From positions 1-64,000 of the forward strand of contig JAIBBV010000002.1 in assembly GCA_019694465.1 (NCBI GenBank): a DNA stretch of 64,000 nt, given 5' to 3'. Source of the stretch: Oligoflexia bacterium. GTDB lineage: Bacteria; Bdellovibrionota_C; UBA2361; JAFLCA01. Shown in pieces: positions 1 to 8,511 of the stretch. Each line of letters begins with the position of its first letter. Positions within the stretch are counted from its first letter, which is position 1. A program made the position numbers and the translations under genes. The notes beneath the pieces are model-generated. The model was given only the letters and a program-made list of their open reading frames with translations, did no database searches and was not told the DNA's origin.

Positions 1-2201
1 ATTTGATCGGCTGGCTTTACAAGCTTTGGCAGCGCGGGAAGTTCGTCAAGTGCCTGCTTCTTTGGTCGACTTTGATAGTTGCGCCATCCTTGGCCTTTTT
101 GTTTGTTGCCATTCCAAGTTGAACTCTTGCCACGAGCATTCTCGGACTTCCAAGCTTGGTTGTAAGAGCGCTCGCCGTAGGAATCATTGTCCTCCTCTGC
201 TTCGAATCGCACTGACTCTGAAAAGAAGTCATCCGAGGTACTTTCTAAAGTCTCTGGAGGAACATCGCGCATAAAACGACTGACTTCGCGAAGTGTTCCG
301 GTGTAGCCAAATCCGTCACCAGCTGAGAACATGCCGCGTGATTGGGCACGAGTTATGAAGAGTTTTTGCATGGCGCGTGTAATGCCAACGTAACAAAGTC
401 GTCGCTCTTCCTCTAATGCAACCGGATCAGGGATTGAGCGGTAGTGTGGAATCAGGCCTTCTTCCATGCCTGTGAGGAAGACTACTGGAAATTCCAGTCC
501 CTTCGCCAAGTGTAAGGTCATCATTGCAATTGATTCGTTCTTGTCGGCGGGAGTGTCGCTCTCCTGTGGCAGGTCAGCCGATGCGGTCAAAGAAACTCGA
601 TCTAAAAAGACCTGAAGAGTTTCTCTAGGTGTAGGCGCTGCATTCTCCATGGTACGCCCGATTGCTACTAGTTCCTGAAGGTTTTCTACACGTGACTGCG
701 CAGCCGGATCCTTCATGGCCTGCAAGCGTGGGCCATATTCGGATAATTTAATTACATCTGAGATTAACTCACCAAGTGGCAGTTTGTCCGCCTTGGCGCG
801 GAGATCATCGATTAGGGCTAGAAATGCTAACACGCCCTTATTCGCCACTTCTCCACTACGAACTACAGCCATCAGAGATATTTGTTTGGCGTTTGCTAAA
901 TCCTCCAGACCCTGCACCGTCTGAGCTCCGATTCCGCGTGGAGGCGTGTTAATTACCCGCAGCAGCGCCTGATTGTCGCTCTCATTAGCTAGAAGTTTAA
1001 GATATCCGATAATGTCTTTAATTTCCTTGCGCTCATAAAAGCGCAGACCGCCGTATATCTTGTAAGGGATTTTGTTGGCGATGAACGCTTCTTCAAGTGC
1101 GCGGGACTGGGCATTTGTTCGGTAGAATACAGCGAACTTGCTATAACCTAGGCCAGCTCTGTGCTGGGCGGTGATTTGGGTTGCGATAAAGCGAGCTTCG
1201 GCCCCTTCGTCGGGTGCGTTGTACAGCATAATTGGCGTACCTGGCCCTTGGTCGGTCCAGAGCTTCTTTGCTTTGCGTGCGCTATTTTTCTCAATTACGG
1301 CGTGGGCAGCGGTCAAGATATTGCCACTGGAGCGGTAGTTCTGCTCGAGTTTGATTACCTTTGTTTCTGGAAAATCCTTTTCAAATTCTAGGATATTTTT
1401 AATTGTAGCGCCGCGGAATGCATAGATGGACTGATCATCGTCCCCTACTACTAGCAGGTTGCGACGCGGCTCGGAGATATAACGGATGAACATATATTGG
1501 ACGGTATTGGTGTCCTGGAACTCATCAACTAGCACAAAGTGTATATGCTCTCTATACATGCGAAGAATGTCAGGGAAGCGCTTAAGTAGCAGCACTGCGT
1601 TAACCAATAGATCGCCAAAATCCATGGCGTTTGCTCGCATTAACTCACGCTGATAGAGCTCGTAAACCTCAGCTTGCTGTTTGGCAGCGAAGTCGCGCGC
1701 ATGGCTAAGCGCTGTTTGTGGTAGTACGAAAGCATTCTTGCATTGGTCGATGTAGCGCGAGAAAAGCTGGGGCGGAAAGCGCTTCTCATCAATATTCAGA
1801 CTTCGCATTACTTGTTTAAGGACACTTTTTGTATCTTGCTCGTCATAAACTGCGAATTCGGCAGCGTAGCCTAAGACGTGTGCATGGCGGCGTAGCATTC
1901 GCAGAGCTGCAGAGTGGAAGGTTGAAATCCACAGACGCTTTGATGCATCCCCCAGCAAGGCAGAAAGACGAGCGCGCATCTCTTCAGCAGCTTTATTAGT
2001 GAAAGTTACAGCTAGAATTTGATCTGGGCGAACTCCATGCTGCAGCACTAGATTGGCTACACGGTTGGTTAATACACGCGTCTTACCACTACCAGCGCCT
2101 GCAAGCACCAAAATGGGACCTGTATGGTGAAGTACTGCCTCGAGTTGTGGGGAATTTAAATTTTGGAGATGGCTGTGACCAGCCGCGGTATGCTCCGTCA
2201 T
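1..2201 (-). CDS. UvrD/PcrA/Rep-family ATP-dependent DNA helicase (C-terminus lies beyond window start; partial)
   Basis: Not in ORF track because it runs off the window edge. Own translation of the minus strand from ATG at 2199-2201 gives MTEHTAAGHSHLQNLNSPQLEAVLHHTGPILVLAGAGSGKTRVL... with Walker A GAGSGKT, DEFQDTN (motif II), QNYRS, VGITRA (motif VI). Frame stays open to position 1. Confidence 0.9.
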   Translation of the reverse strand, partial: MTEHTAAGHSHLQNLNSPQLEAVLHHTGPILVLAGAGSGKTRVLTNRVANLVLQHGVRPDQILAVTFTNKAAEEMRARLSALLGDASKRLWISTFHSAALRMLRRHAHVLGYAAEFAVYDEQDTKSVLKQVMRSLNIDEKRFPPQLFSRYIDQCKNAFVLPQTALSHARDFAAKQQAEVYELYQRELMRANAMDFGDLLVNAVLLLKRFPDILRMYREHIHFVLVDEFQDTNTVQYMFIRYISEPRRNLLVVGDDDQSIYAFRGATIKNILEFEKDFPETKVIKLEQNYRSSGNILTAAHAVIEKNSARKAKKLWTDQGPGTPIMLYNAPDEGAEARFIATQITAQHRAGLGYSKFAVFYRTNAQSRALEEAFIANKIPYKIYGGLRFYERKEIKDIIGYLKLLANESDNQALLRVINTPPRGIGAQTVQGLEDLANAKQISLMAVVRSGEVANKGVLAFLALIDDLRAKADKLPLGELISDVIKLSEYGPRLQAMKDPAAQSRVENLQELVAIGRTMENAAPTPRETLQVFLDRVSLTASADLPQESDTPADKNESIAMMTLHLAKGLEFPVVFLTGMEEGLIPHYRSIPDPVALEEERRLCYVGITRAMQKLFITRAQSRGMFSAGDGFGYTGTLREVSRFMRDVPPETLESTSDDFFSESVRFEAEEDNDSYGERSYNQAWKSENARGKSSTWNGNKQKGQGWRNYQSRPKKQALDELPALPKLVKPADQ

Positions 2202-2545
2202 GGAAGAGTGACTCCTGCGTGAAAACTTCTCCGCCGGAAGCGGAAGGATCGGAAGCATACCGTGAACTGGGTCAAGTTCCAAATAGCGCCGCTTAGCGTG
2301 CTCTTAGAAGTGCATAACTTGGGCGTTGGTAGAGGCGCTGATTCATGAGGGATCGTTTCTCAAACCTATACTTTGGGTGTAGTTGAGATGGAGTGCGCTC
2401 AAGAAGGAGTTTAATGATAAAGGCGAGAGTTAACAGGGCCGCCACAAAGTCGATACTGATTGCGAGGTCTTCTAGCATATGTGTCTCCTTCAACTGATCT
2501 GCTAATGCTTGATTCATCTTTCTATAAAAATTCTATATAATAAAG

Positions 2546-2575
2546 TTGACGCTAGTTCAAGTAAATTTCTAGTAT
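2546..2575 (+). promoter_or_regulatory. sigma-70-like promoter candidate for rlmE-mla operon (TTGACG -N18- TAGTAT)
   Basis: TTGACG at 2546-2551, 18-nt spacer, TAGTAT at 2570-2575. Lies about 60 nt upstream of the rlmE ATG, in the divergent uvrD/rlmE intergenic region. Confidence 0.4.
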
Positions 2576-2637
2576 CAAAACATTCCCCTACTATTAGAAT
2601 GCCTTTTGTCCGCTAGCGTGCTATAAGCTATCCCCCT

Positions 2638-3252
2638 ATGGCCGAGTATAACCGCAAAGATCATTTGTATAACAAGGCGAAAGCAGAGGGTTTTCGCTCC
2701 CGTGCTGCATACAAGCTGGCTGAGTTAGACGATAAATATAAAATTATAAAACCAGGGTTTAAGATTTTGGATCTTGGCTGCTGGCCTGGTGGATGGATTC
2801 AGGTTGCTGCCCCGCGCGTCGGAGCACAGGGGGCTGTTGTTGGCATCGATTTAGTTGAACTGGAGCCTTTTGACGAATTTCCACAAGTAAAGTTGCTGGT
2901 GGGTGATGCTAGAGATGAAAGTAACCAGGCTCAAATGCGTAGCCTAGCTGGGGGAGCATTTGACGCAGTCCTTTCAGACATGTCGCCTAAGCTGACTGGA
3001 ATCAAAGAGGCTGATCAGGCAGGTACTGTAGCTTGTGCAGAGCTCGCAGCCTATATAGCTGAGCAAATGCTACGTAAGGGTGGCACCTTGGTAATGAAAG
3101 TTTTTAAGGGCAATGAGACCGAGCAGTTTATTAGAACTTTGCGCCCACGTTATGAAAAACTAACCCGTACCGAGCTTGACTCATCTCGTAATACCTCTAA
3201 AGAGTTCTATGTGACTGCGCTAGGCTACAAAGGGTCCGGTCCTGCTACTTAG
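2638..3252 (+). CDS. rlmE: 23S rRNA (uridine-2'-O)-methyltransferase RlmE/FtsJ
   Basis: Translation aligns along its length with E. coli RlmE: EGFRSRAAYKLAELD, LDLGCWPGGW, VLSDMSPK, KGGTLVMKVF. About 204 aa. Confidence 0.9.
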   Translation: MAEYNRKDHLYNKAKAEGFRSRAAYKLAELDDKYKIIKPGFKILDLGCWPGGWIQVAAPRVGAQGAVVGIDLVELEPFDEFPQVKLLVGDARDESNQAQMRSLAGGAFDAVLSDMSPKLTGIKEADQAGTVACAELAAYIAEQMLRKGGTLVMKVFKGNETEQFIRTLRPRYEKLTRTELDSSRNTSKEFYVTALGYKGSGPAT

Positions 3253-4113
3253 GTGGTCTCGAGATTGAATGATGCTACCCTTTGCGCTTTATTATTAGGC
3301 TGGTTAAGCTCATCTTTAAGCCACATGCCAGTAGTTGATGCCACAGAAGCCCTTGGACGAACGGTCACTAATGTTACCGAAGCGTGGGGTCGTTCCTGGA
3401 TATTTCTCGGGAAAACCTTAGCCGGCTTAATTTCCCCTCCCTTCCGCTATCGCCTATTCCTGGATCAGCTCTACCAGATTGGCGTTAAGTCTACTTTGGT
3501 GGTGGCTTTGATTGGGATCTTCACGGGAGCTGTATTGGCGGTGCAAGGGGTCTATACACTCTCTAAGTTTGGAGCCAGCGCCTTCACGGGATCGGCGGTA
3601 GCGCTCAGTCTTATTCGCGAGCTTGGACCAGTTCTTACAGCCTTAATGGTCATTGGGCGCGCAGGCTCTGCGATTACAGCAGAAATTGGCATAATGAAAA
3701 TTACAGAGCAGTTAGATGCCCTACGCTCTATGGCTGTCGATCCGATGCGATACTTAATGGCACCGCGACTTTTGGCTGGGATTATTGCAATGCCGCTGCT
3801 GACTGGCATTTTTATCACCATCGGCATATTTGGTGGTTTTATCGTTGGAGTCGGCCTATTGGGGCTTAGCTCAGGCACGTTCTTTAGTGACATGGTAGCA
3901 GCAGTCGACAATGTTGATGTCTACTCAGGATTCATAAAATCAGTAGCATTCGGTTTCATATTTGGCTGGGTCTCTTGTTACAAGGGTTACACCTGTGGTT
4001 TCGGCGCGGTAGGCGTTAATCGTGCCACTACTGAGTCGGTAGTCACTGCTTCAGTGGCTGTGCTCGTCCTAGATTACTTTTTGACGAGCATCCTTACCCG
4101 CGTCTTTATGTGA
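3253..4113 (+). CDS. mlaE: MlaE phospholipid ABC transporter permease (start probably internal: ATG near 3268 or 3325)
   Basis: LIRELGPVLTALMVIGRAGSAITAEIGIMKITEQLDALRSMAVDPMRYL matches the MlaE/Ttg2B permease core. It is multi-TM. The listed ORF begins at a GTG directly after the rlmE stop. Confidence 0.85.
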   Translation: MVSRLNDATLCALLLGWLSSSLSHMPVVDATEALGRTVTNVTEAWGRSWIFLGKTLAGLISPPFRYRLFLDQLYQIGVKSTLVVALIGIFTGAVLAVQGVYTLSKFGASAFTGSAVALSLIRELGPVLTALMVIGRAGSAITAEIGIMKITEQLDALRSMAVDPMRYLMAPRLLAGIIAMPLLTGIFITIGIFGGFIVGVGLLGLSSGTFFSDMVAAVDNVDVYSGFIKSVAFGFIFGWVSCYKGYTCGFGAVGVNRATTESVVTASVAVLVLDYFLTSILTRVFM

Positions 4114-4125
4114 GATAGGCTTATA

Positions 4126-4875
4126 ATGATTTGTGTGCGCAACGTTTCAAAGCGCTTCGGCAAACAGGTCGTTCTAAGTGGCGTATCGCTCAATATTGAG
4201 GATGGAAAGACCACTACCATAGTTGGTCCCAGTGGTGTTGGAAAATCTGTCTTGTTAAAGCTAATCATGGGGATTCTTGCACCTGACCAGGGTGAGATTG
4301 AGATTTTTGGTGAAAATATAACTCGCGCCGATAGCGAGGCCGAGCGTAACCGTATCCGCGCATCGCTGGGGGTACTTTTCCAATCAGCCGCCTTGTTTGA
4401 TTCCTTAACAGTATACGAGAATGTAGCCTTTGCGCTTAATCAACGCTTCTCGTTGCCCCGTAAGGAGGTGCATGAGCGCGTAGTATCCATGTTATCGGCC
4501 CTCAGCCTCGAATCTTTTGCTTTCCGCTATCCACAAGAGATTTCTATCGGTATCCGCAAGAGAGTGGGTATGGCCCGGGCCTTGATAACTCAACCGAAGG
4601 TAGTGTTATTTGACGAGCCTAATACCGGTCTAGACCCATTGGTAGGACAGGAGGTTTACGACTTAATTAAAGAATGTCGAAAGAAATGGGGCTTTACCGG
4701 CGTTGTAATTAGCCATGAGTTGCCGGAAGTCTTTCAGGTTTCAGATAGAGTTGCCATGATACTACAGGGCAAGATAATAGAAGAGGGCACACCGGCTGAA
4801 TTCGCCGCTTCGGCTAATCCGGCTGTGCAACAGTTCTTAAATGGAAGGATCGATGGACCAATCAAAATCCAATAG
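4126..4875 (+). CDS. mlaF: MlaF ABC transporter ATP-binding protein
   Basis: MICVRNVSKRFG start, Walker A GPSGVGKS, ABC signature and Walker B (LFDEPNTGLDP), C-terminal MlaF-like tail. 249 aa. Confidence 0.9.
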   Translation: MICVRNVSKRFGKQVVLSGVSLNIEDGKTTTIVGPSGVGKSVLLKLIMGILAPDQGEIEIFGENITRADSEAERNRIRASLGVLFQSAALFDSLTVYENVAFALNQRFSLPRKEVHERVVSMLSALSLESFAFRYPQEISIGIRKRVGMARALITQPKVVLFDEPNTGLDPLVGQEVYDLIKECRKKWGFTGVVISHELPEVFQVSDRVAMILQGKIIEEGTPAEFAASANPAVQQFLNGRIDGPIKIQ

Positions 4876-5389
4876 CGCCGCAACGGATCAGAACAGCATC
4901 CCGTTGCCTAAGCGCAGCTTGACACTTGAGTTCTGGGTTGGACTATTCTTTGTCGTAGCAGTTGCCTGCGGCGGATACTTGGCTGTTGGATTAGGCGATA
5001 TACGAATTTTTTCGTCAAATCGATATGATGTTATCGCTGAGTTCGACAACATTTCTGGGTTGAAGCATGGTGCGAGTGTGGAAATTGCTGGAGTCCCAAT
5101 TGGGGAGGTCACGGCGATTAACCTGCATGACCCAGCCGCGCACGTTACGCTCAGCATAGATAAGTCAGTTCGTTTGCGTGATGATGACATTGCATCCATT
5201 AGAACCAAAGGAATTATTGGTGATCGCTATATAAAAATCTCACGCGGCGCCTCTGATACTTATATCGAGCCTGGTCAGAAGATGACCGAAACTGAGTCGG
5301 TTGTAGATTTTGAAGATATTGTCGGTAAAATCGTTCATAATTTGGGGGCCGATAAGTCTGACAAGGATAACTCGGACGGAAAGAAATAA
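4841..5389 (+). CDS. mlaD: MlaD (MCE-domain periplasmic component)
   Basis: N-terminal TM (FWVGLFFVVAVACGGYLAV) followed by an MCE domain (IAEFDNISGLKHGASVEIAGVPIGEV). Overlaps the mlaF end, consistent with translational coupling. Start may be the ATG at 4853. Confidence 0.85.
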   Translation: MEGSMDQSKSNSAATDQNSIPLPKRSLTLEFWVGLFFVVAVACGGYLAVGLGDIRIFSSNRYDVIAEFDNISGLKHGASVEIAGVPIGEVTAINLHDPAAHVTLSIDKSVRLRDDDIASIRTKGIIGDRYIKISRGASDTYIEPGQKMTETESVVDFEDIVGKIVHNLGADKSDKDNSDGKK

Positions 5390-5404
5390 GCGCGGAGTGG
5401 GGTT

Positions 5405-6025
5405 ATGCGAAATATAATAGCTGTATTGTTGTCGACTTTGCTCCTTGCTCCCAGCTGGAGTATGGCAGAAACAGATTCTATTGTACCGGTTTCTGTGCAG
5501 GCGCCGTCCGTCTCTGCTATTGATGAAGTGCGCCGTACGATCGATGAGCTAGTGGCGGTGGTAGAGAAGTATTCAGGTGCTTCCAACATTGAAGCACGGC
5601 GTGCCAAGTTACGTGAAGTCCTAAATAGGGTGTTTGATTTCTCAGAAATGTCTAAGCGTTCACTCGGCACAAACTGGAAAGAAGTTTCTCCTTCGGAGCA
5701 AGAAGAGTTTGTAAGCGTATTTTCGGATCTACTGGCGCGTACCTATTTGTCCAAGATTGAGACAATTAAGCCTGGAATGGTTCATTTCGATGGCGAAAAA
5801 GTTGAACTTCCGCGTGCTACAGTGAAAACCAGAGTGGAAGACAAAGGAGATTTCTTTCCAATCGACTATAAGCTCTTAGTCGAGGAGGGGCATTGGAAAG
5901 TGTACGACGTAGTTATTGAAAATATTGGCCTTGTCGCCAATTATCGTAATGAATTTGCCGGCATCATACGTCGCGAAACCTTCGCTGGACTTTTGAAACG
6001 CTTACGGGAAAAACAAAGCGAGTAG
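5405..6025 (+). CDS. mlaC: MlaC periplasmic phospholipid-binding protein (Ttg2D family)
   Basis: Signal peptide MRNIIAVLLSTLLLAPSWSMA. Size about 206 aa and position after mlaD. MlaC-like motifs LLARTYLSK..., WKVYDVVIENIGLVANYRNEF. Confidence 0.8.
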   Translation: MRNIIAVLLSTLLLAPSWSMAETDSIVPVSVQAPSVSAIDEVRRTIDELVAVVEKYSGASNIEARRAKLREVLNRVFDFSEMSKRSLGTNWKEVSPSEQEEFVSVFSDLLARTYLSKIETIKPGMVHFDGEKVELPRATVKTRVEDKGDFFPIDYKLLVEEGHWKVYDVVIENIGLVANYRNEFAGIIRRETFAGLLKRLREKQSE

Positions 6026-6252
6026 TCTCGCATAGCCTGAAACGCCCACTGGTAGAGATGTCAGGAGCCGAGTATTTTTTGGCGCTCTACTCTGCCAGAA
6101 TCAAAACTACTGCAGGGCAGCAATTTACAAGCGCACTATTTCTATAGTTTCAATTTTCTATATCGCTATTTATTGCAACGCTTCTCCGCTTATTCCGATT
6201 AATTATAGTGCTTAGCGAAATGAAAACTCTAAAGTGTTAAGGAGTGTGCTTT

Positions 6253-6723
6253 ATGGCTCCAATTAACTCCACATTAGGGCAAGATAGCTCTAATTCTGCA
6301 TATTCTATTGGCTGTAATAGTGTTGAGTCTTGCTCAGATGCCGTTCTTGAGCGTATCGGGCAGTTCGGTAAGGCCAGTGAGAAGTACATATCCCCCGATG
6401 CTCTAGACAATGATGTGCTGCAAGATGGCCTTGATGCAGCTAAGCGGCTGCCTGGTCAAGGGGCAGGCCAGATTTTTGTGCGGGGATTAGCAAAAGGGGT
6501 GGACGCTGTGACGAATCTTGTTGAACTTGCCCAAGCAGTACACCAGGATAGGGAGTCAGGCGATCAACGTTATACTGGGACAATGAAGGCGATTGTGAAG
6601 TCGACCCTACAAATTTCAGTAATGGGGGTGAGCGGAGGGATCGCTAGTATGATCGGCGTACCAGCTATAGTGGTGGCCGGAGTTGCCATCGCCAGTGGAT
6701 ATGTTGTTAGAGAGGTATTGTGA
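6253..6723 (+). CDS. hypothetical tail-anchored membrane protein (C-terminal TM), translationally coupled to the downstream M48 protease
   Basis: AAGGAG 5 nt upstream of the ATG at 6253 (the listed 6244 start is a GTG too close to the SD). C-terminal hydrophobic segment VMGVSGGIASMIGVPAIVVAGVAIASGYVV. Its TGA stop overlaps the GTG start of the next gene (GTGA). Confidence 0.55.
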   Translation: MAPINSTLGQDSSNSAYSIGCNSVESCSDAVLERIGQFGKASEKYISPDALDNDVLQDGLDAAKRLPGQGAGQIFVRGLAKGVDAVTNLVELAQAVHQDRESGDQRYTGTMKAIVKSTLQISVMGVSGGIASMIGVPAIVVAGVAIASGYVVREVL

Positions 6724-7556
6724 CGAATTTATCGCGACATGTATCGATTGCAACTTTGCGTGCACCGGGTGAGAAGCTTCGCCTATGGCTGGGCGTAGCA
6801 ATAACTCTGATGCTATTGCTAGTTTTTGCCGATTCTTATCCCGGAATTTTTGTCGCTGGACTTGTGGCAGCATTTTTGATGGTCCGGGTGAGCGTGGCCA
6901 AGTTCTTCGGCGATAGCGTTAAGGTGTCTGAGACGCAGTTCTCAGAAATCCACAGACTTACGCATATTGCGGCGTCGCGCCTGGGAATGGAGGCTCCAGA
7001 AGTCTTTATTAGCTATGCACCAGTGCTTAACGCATTCTCGATTGGATTTGCCGGCGTGCGCGCAGTGGTTTTGCACTCCGCGCTGGTTGAGGCGTTTTCG
7101 CAGGAACAACTACTTTTTGTTATAGGACATGAACTTGGCCATATTAAGGCGCGCCATTCCTTCTGGAGCATACTTACAGGACATTCACTTGAAATTCCGG
7201 TTTTGAGCCGAATTCTGTCAGTTTTCTTTTTGTCCTGGGACAGAAAAAAGGAATACACGGCCGATCGCGCAGGACTGATCGCTTGTCATGACTTGGAGGC
7301 GGCATGCCGTTCGATGACTAAATTTACAGCCGGGCCCCTGCTTGCTGATAGGGTCAATTTGGGAGAGCTCTTGCGCCAAAAGAGCCGAAATAGCTTTTTC
7401 TCCTACATGGCTGAGCTGCTAGTTGATCATCCGTTCCCGGTAAATAGAATTCAGGCCTTGGTTGAGTTCCATGCCTCCGATACATATAGAACTGCTCTGA
7501 TGTTTGAAAATCTTGACTCTAGTCAAATTAGGCCGAGCATGGTTGCAGCAGGGTAG
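6720..7556 (+). CDS. M48-family (HtpX-like) zinc metalloprotease, membrane-bound
   Basis: Two N-terminal TM segments, HEXXH motif in FVIGHELGHIKARH, downstream E...ADRAG region typical of peptidase M48. Confidence 0.8.
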   Translation: MTNLSRHVSIATLRAPGEKLRLWLGVAITLMLLLVFADSYPGIFVAGLVAAFLMVRVSVAKFFGDSVKVSETQFSEIHRLTHIAASRLGMEAPEVFISYAPVLNAFSIGFAGVRAVVLHSALVEAFSQEQLLFVIGHELGHIKARHSFWSILTGHSLEIPVLSRILSVFFLSWDRKKEYTADRAGLIACHDLEAACRSMTKFTAGPLLADRVNLGELLRQKSRNSFFSYMAELLVDHPFPVNRIQALVEFHASDTYRTALMFENLDSSQIRPSMVAAG

Positions 7557-7690
7557 CTAATGGAGCTGTATATCATGTATGAAAATAAGGTTGCTTAACA
7601 AGACGATGCGGAGTGCCTGGGGTAATTGCAAACCCGCTAAGTTTGCCTAATGCAATTTGGTTATGCTCTCCAAGCTATGAAGATCCTTTC

Positions 7691-8245
7691 CTAGAATGCC
7701 GGATCGGCTTCTGCGCCGGCTTGGATGCACTTGTATGTTAGAGTAACTTTGATATCGCCAGCGGCGCCTGCAAAATTACCATGATCTCCACTAGCGCAGT
7801 CGACACTGCGGTTCTCTAACTTATTAAAATGCTCACAGCACTCTTTGCTGTCCATGCGACCGCATTCTGAGCTCCCGCCATCAGTTACATAGAAACTGGC
7901 ATTGGCAGTACCAAAGCCCCCAAAGTCGCGTTTGATGATTTTTTTCTTGGGGCATTCGACGGGGCAAATAATAGCTGATTTGACTTTGGCTTCAGCCAAG
8001 TTACATAAGCTGCTTGCAAGGTTACTCTCTGTTTCAGGCCAATTTGTAACTTTATTCGGGAAGCTACCAGTAGCGACATGCTCATTTTGTGGGCCAATAC
8101 TCTTTTCGACCCCACACTCTTCGCCTTCTGAGACTTCTTCTGCGAGTACGGAAGTAGTCTCAGCCATGGTAATGGCCAAAGCTAAAGCACTAAAAAGTAT
8201 TGATTTGGGCGCGAAAAGACTAAACAGTTGCCGAGAACTTACCAC
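7691..8245 (-). CDS. hypothetical secreted cysteine-rich protein
   Basis: Signal-peptide-like N-terminus (LFSLFAPKSILFSALALAITMA). About 14 Cys in about 150 mature residues (CPVECPKK, ECCEHF, CASGDHG). No recognisable family. Confidence 0.45.
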   Translation of the reverse strand: MVSSRQLFSLFAPKSILFSALALAITMAETTSVLAEEVSEGEECGVEKSIGPQNEHVATGSFPNKVTNWPETESNLASSLCNLAEAKVKSAIICPVECPKKKIIKRDFGGFGTANASFYVTDGGSSECGRMDSKECCEHFNKLENRSVDCASGDHGNFAGAAGDIKVTLTYKCIQAGAEADPAF

Positions 8246-8511
8246 ACAACCTCCACCTAACAGAAAACCCCATACAGAATGGGCACCACTGAGAGGGTTA
8301 TGCTGGGCTATTTGAAGGTGTTACATAAAGTGGAAAAGTAAGGCGGAGAAGCCCAGTCAAGACATCATAGTGGATCAAAGAATCGGCTCAAGCTGCGGGT
8401 GATTAAGTTTGGGCCTTGGAAGATTATATTACTAAAAGTGCGTAAATATTTAATGCCGACCACGCTCAGTTAAATATGACTTACGCCCATGAATAGTTGA
8501 AAGCTGGCCAA

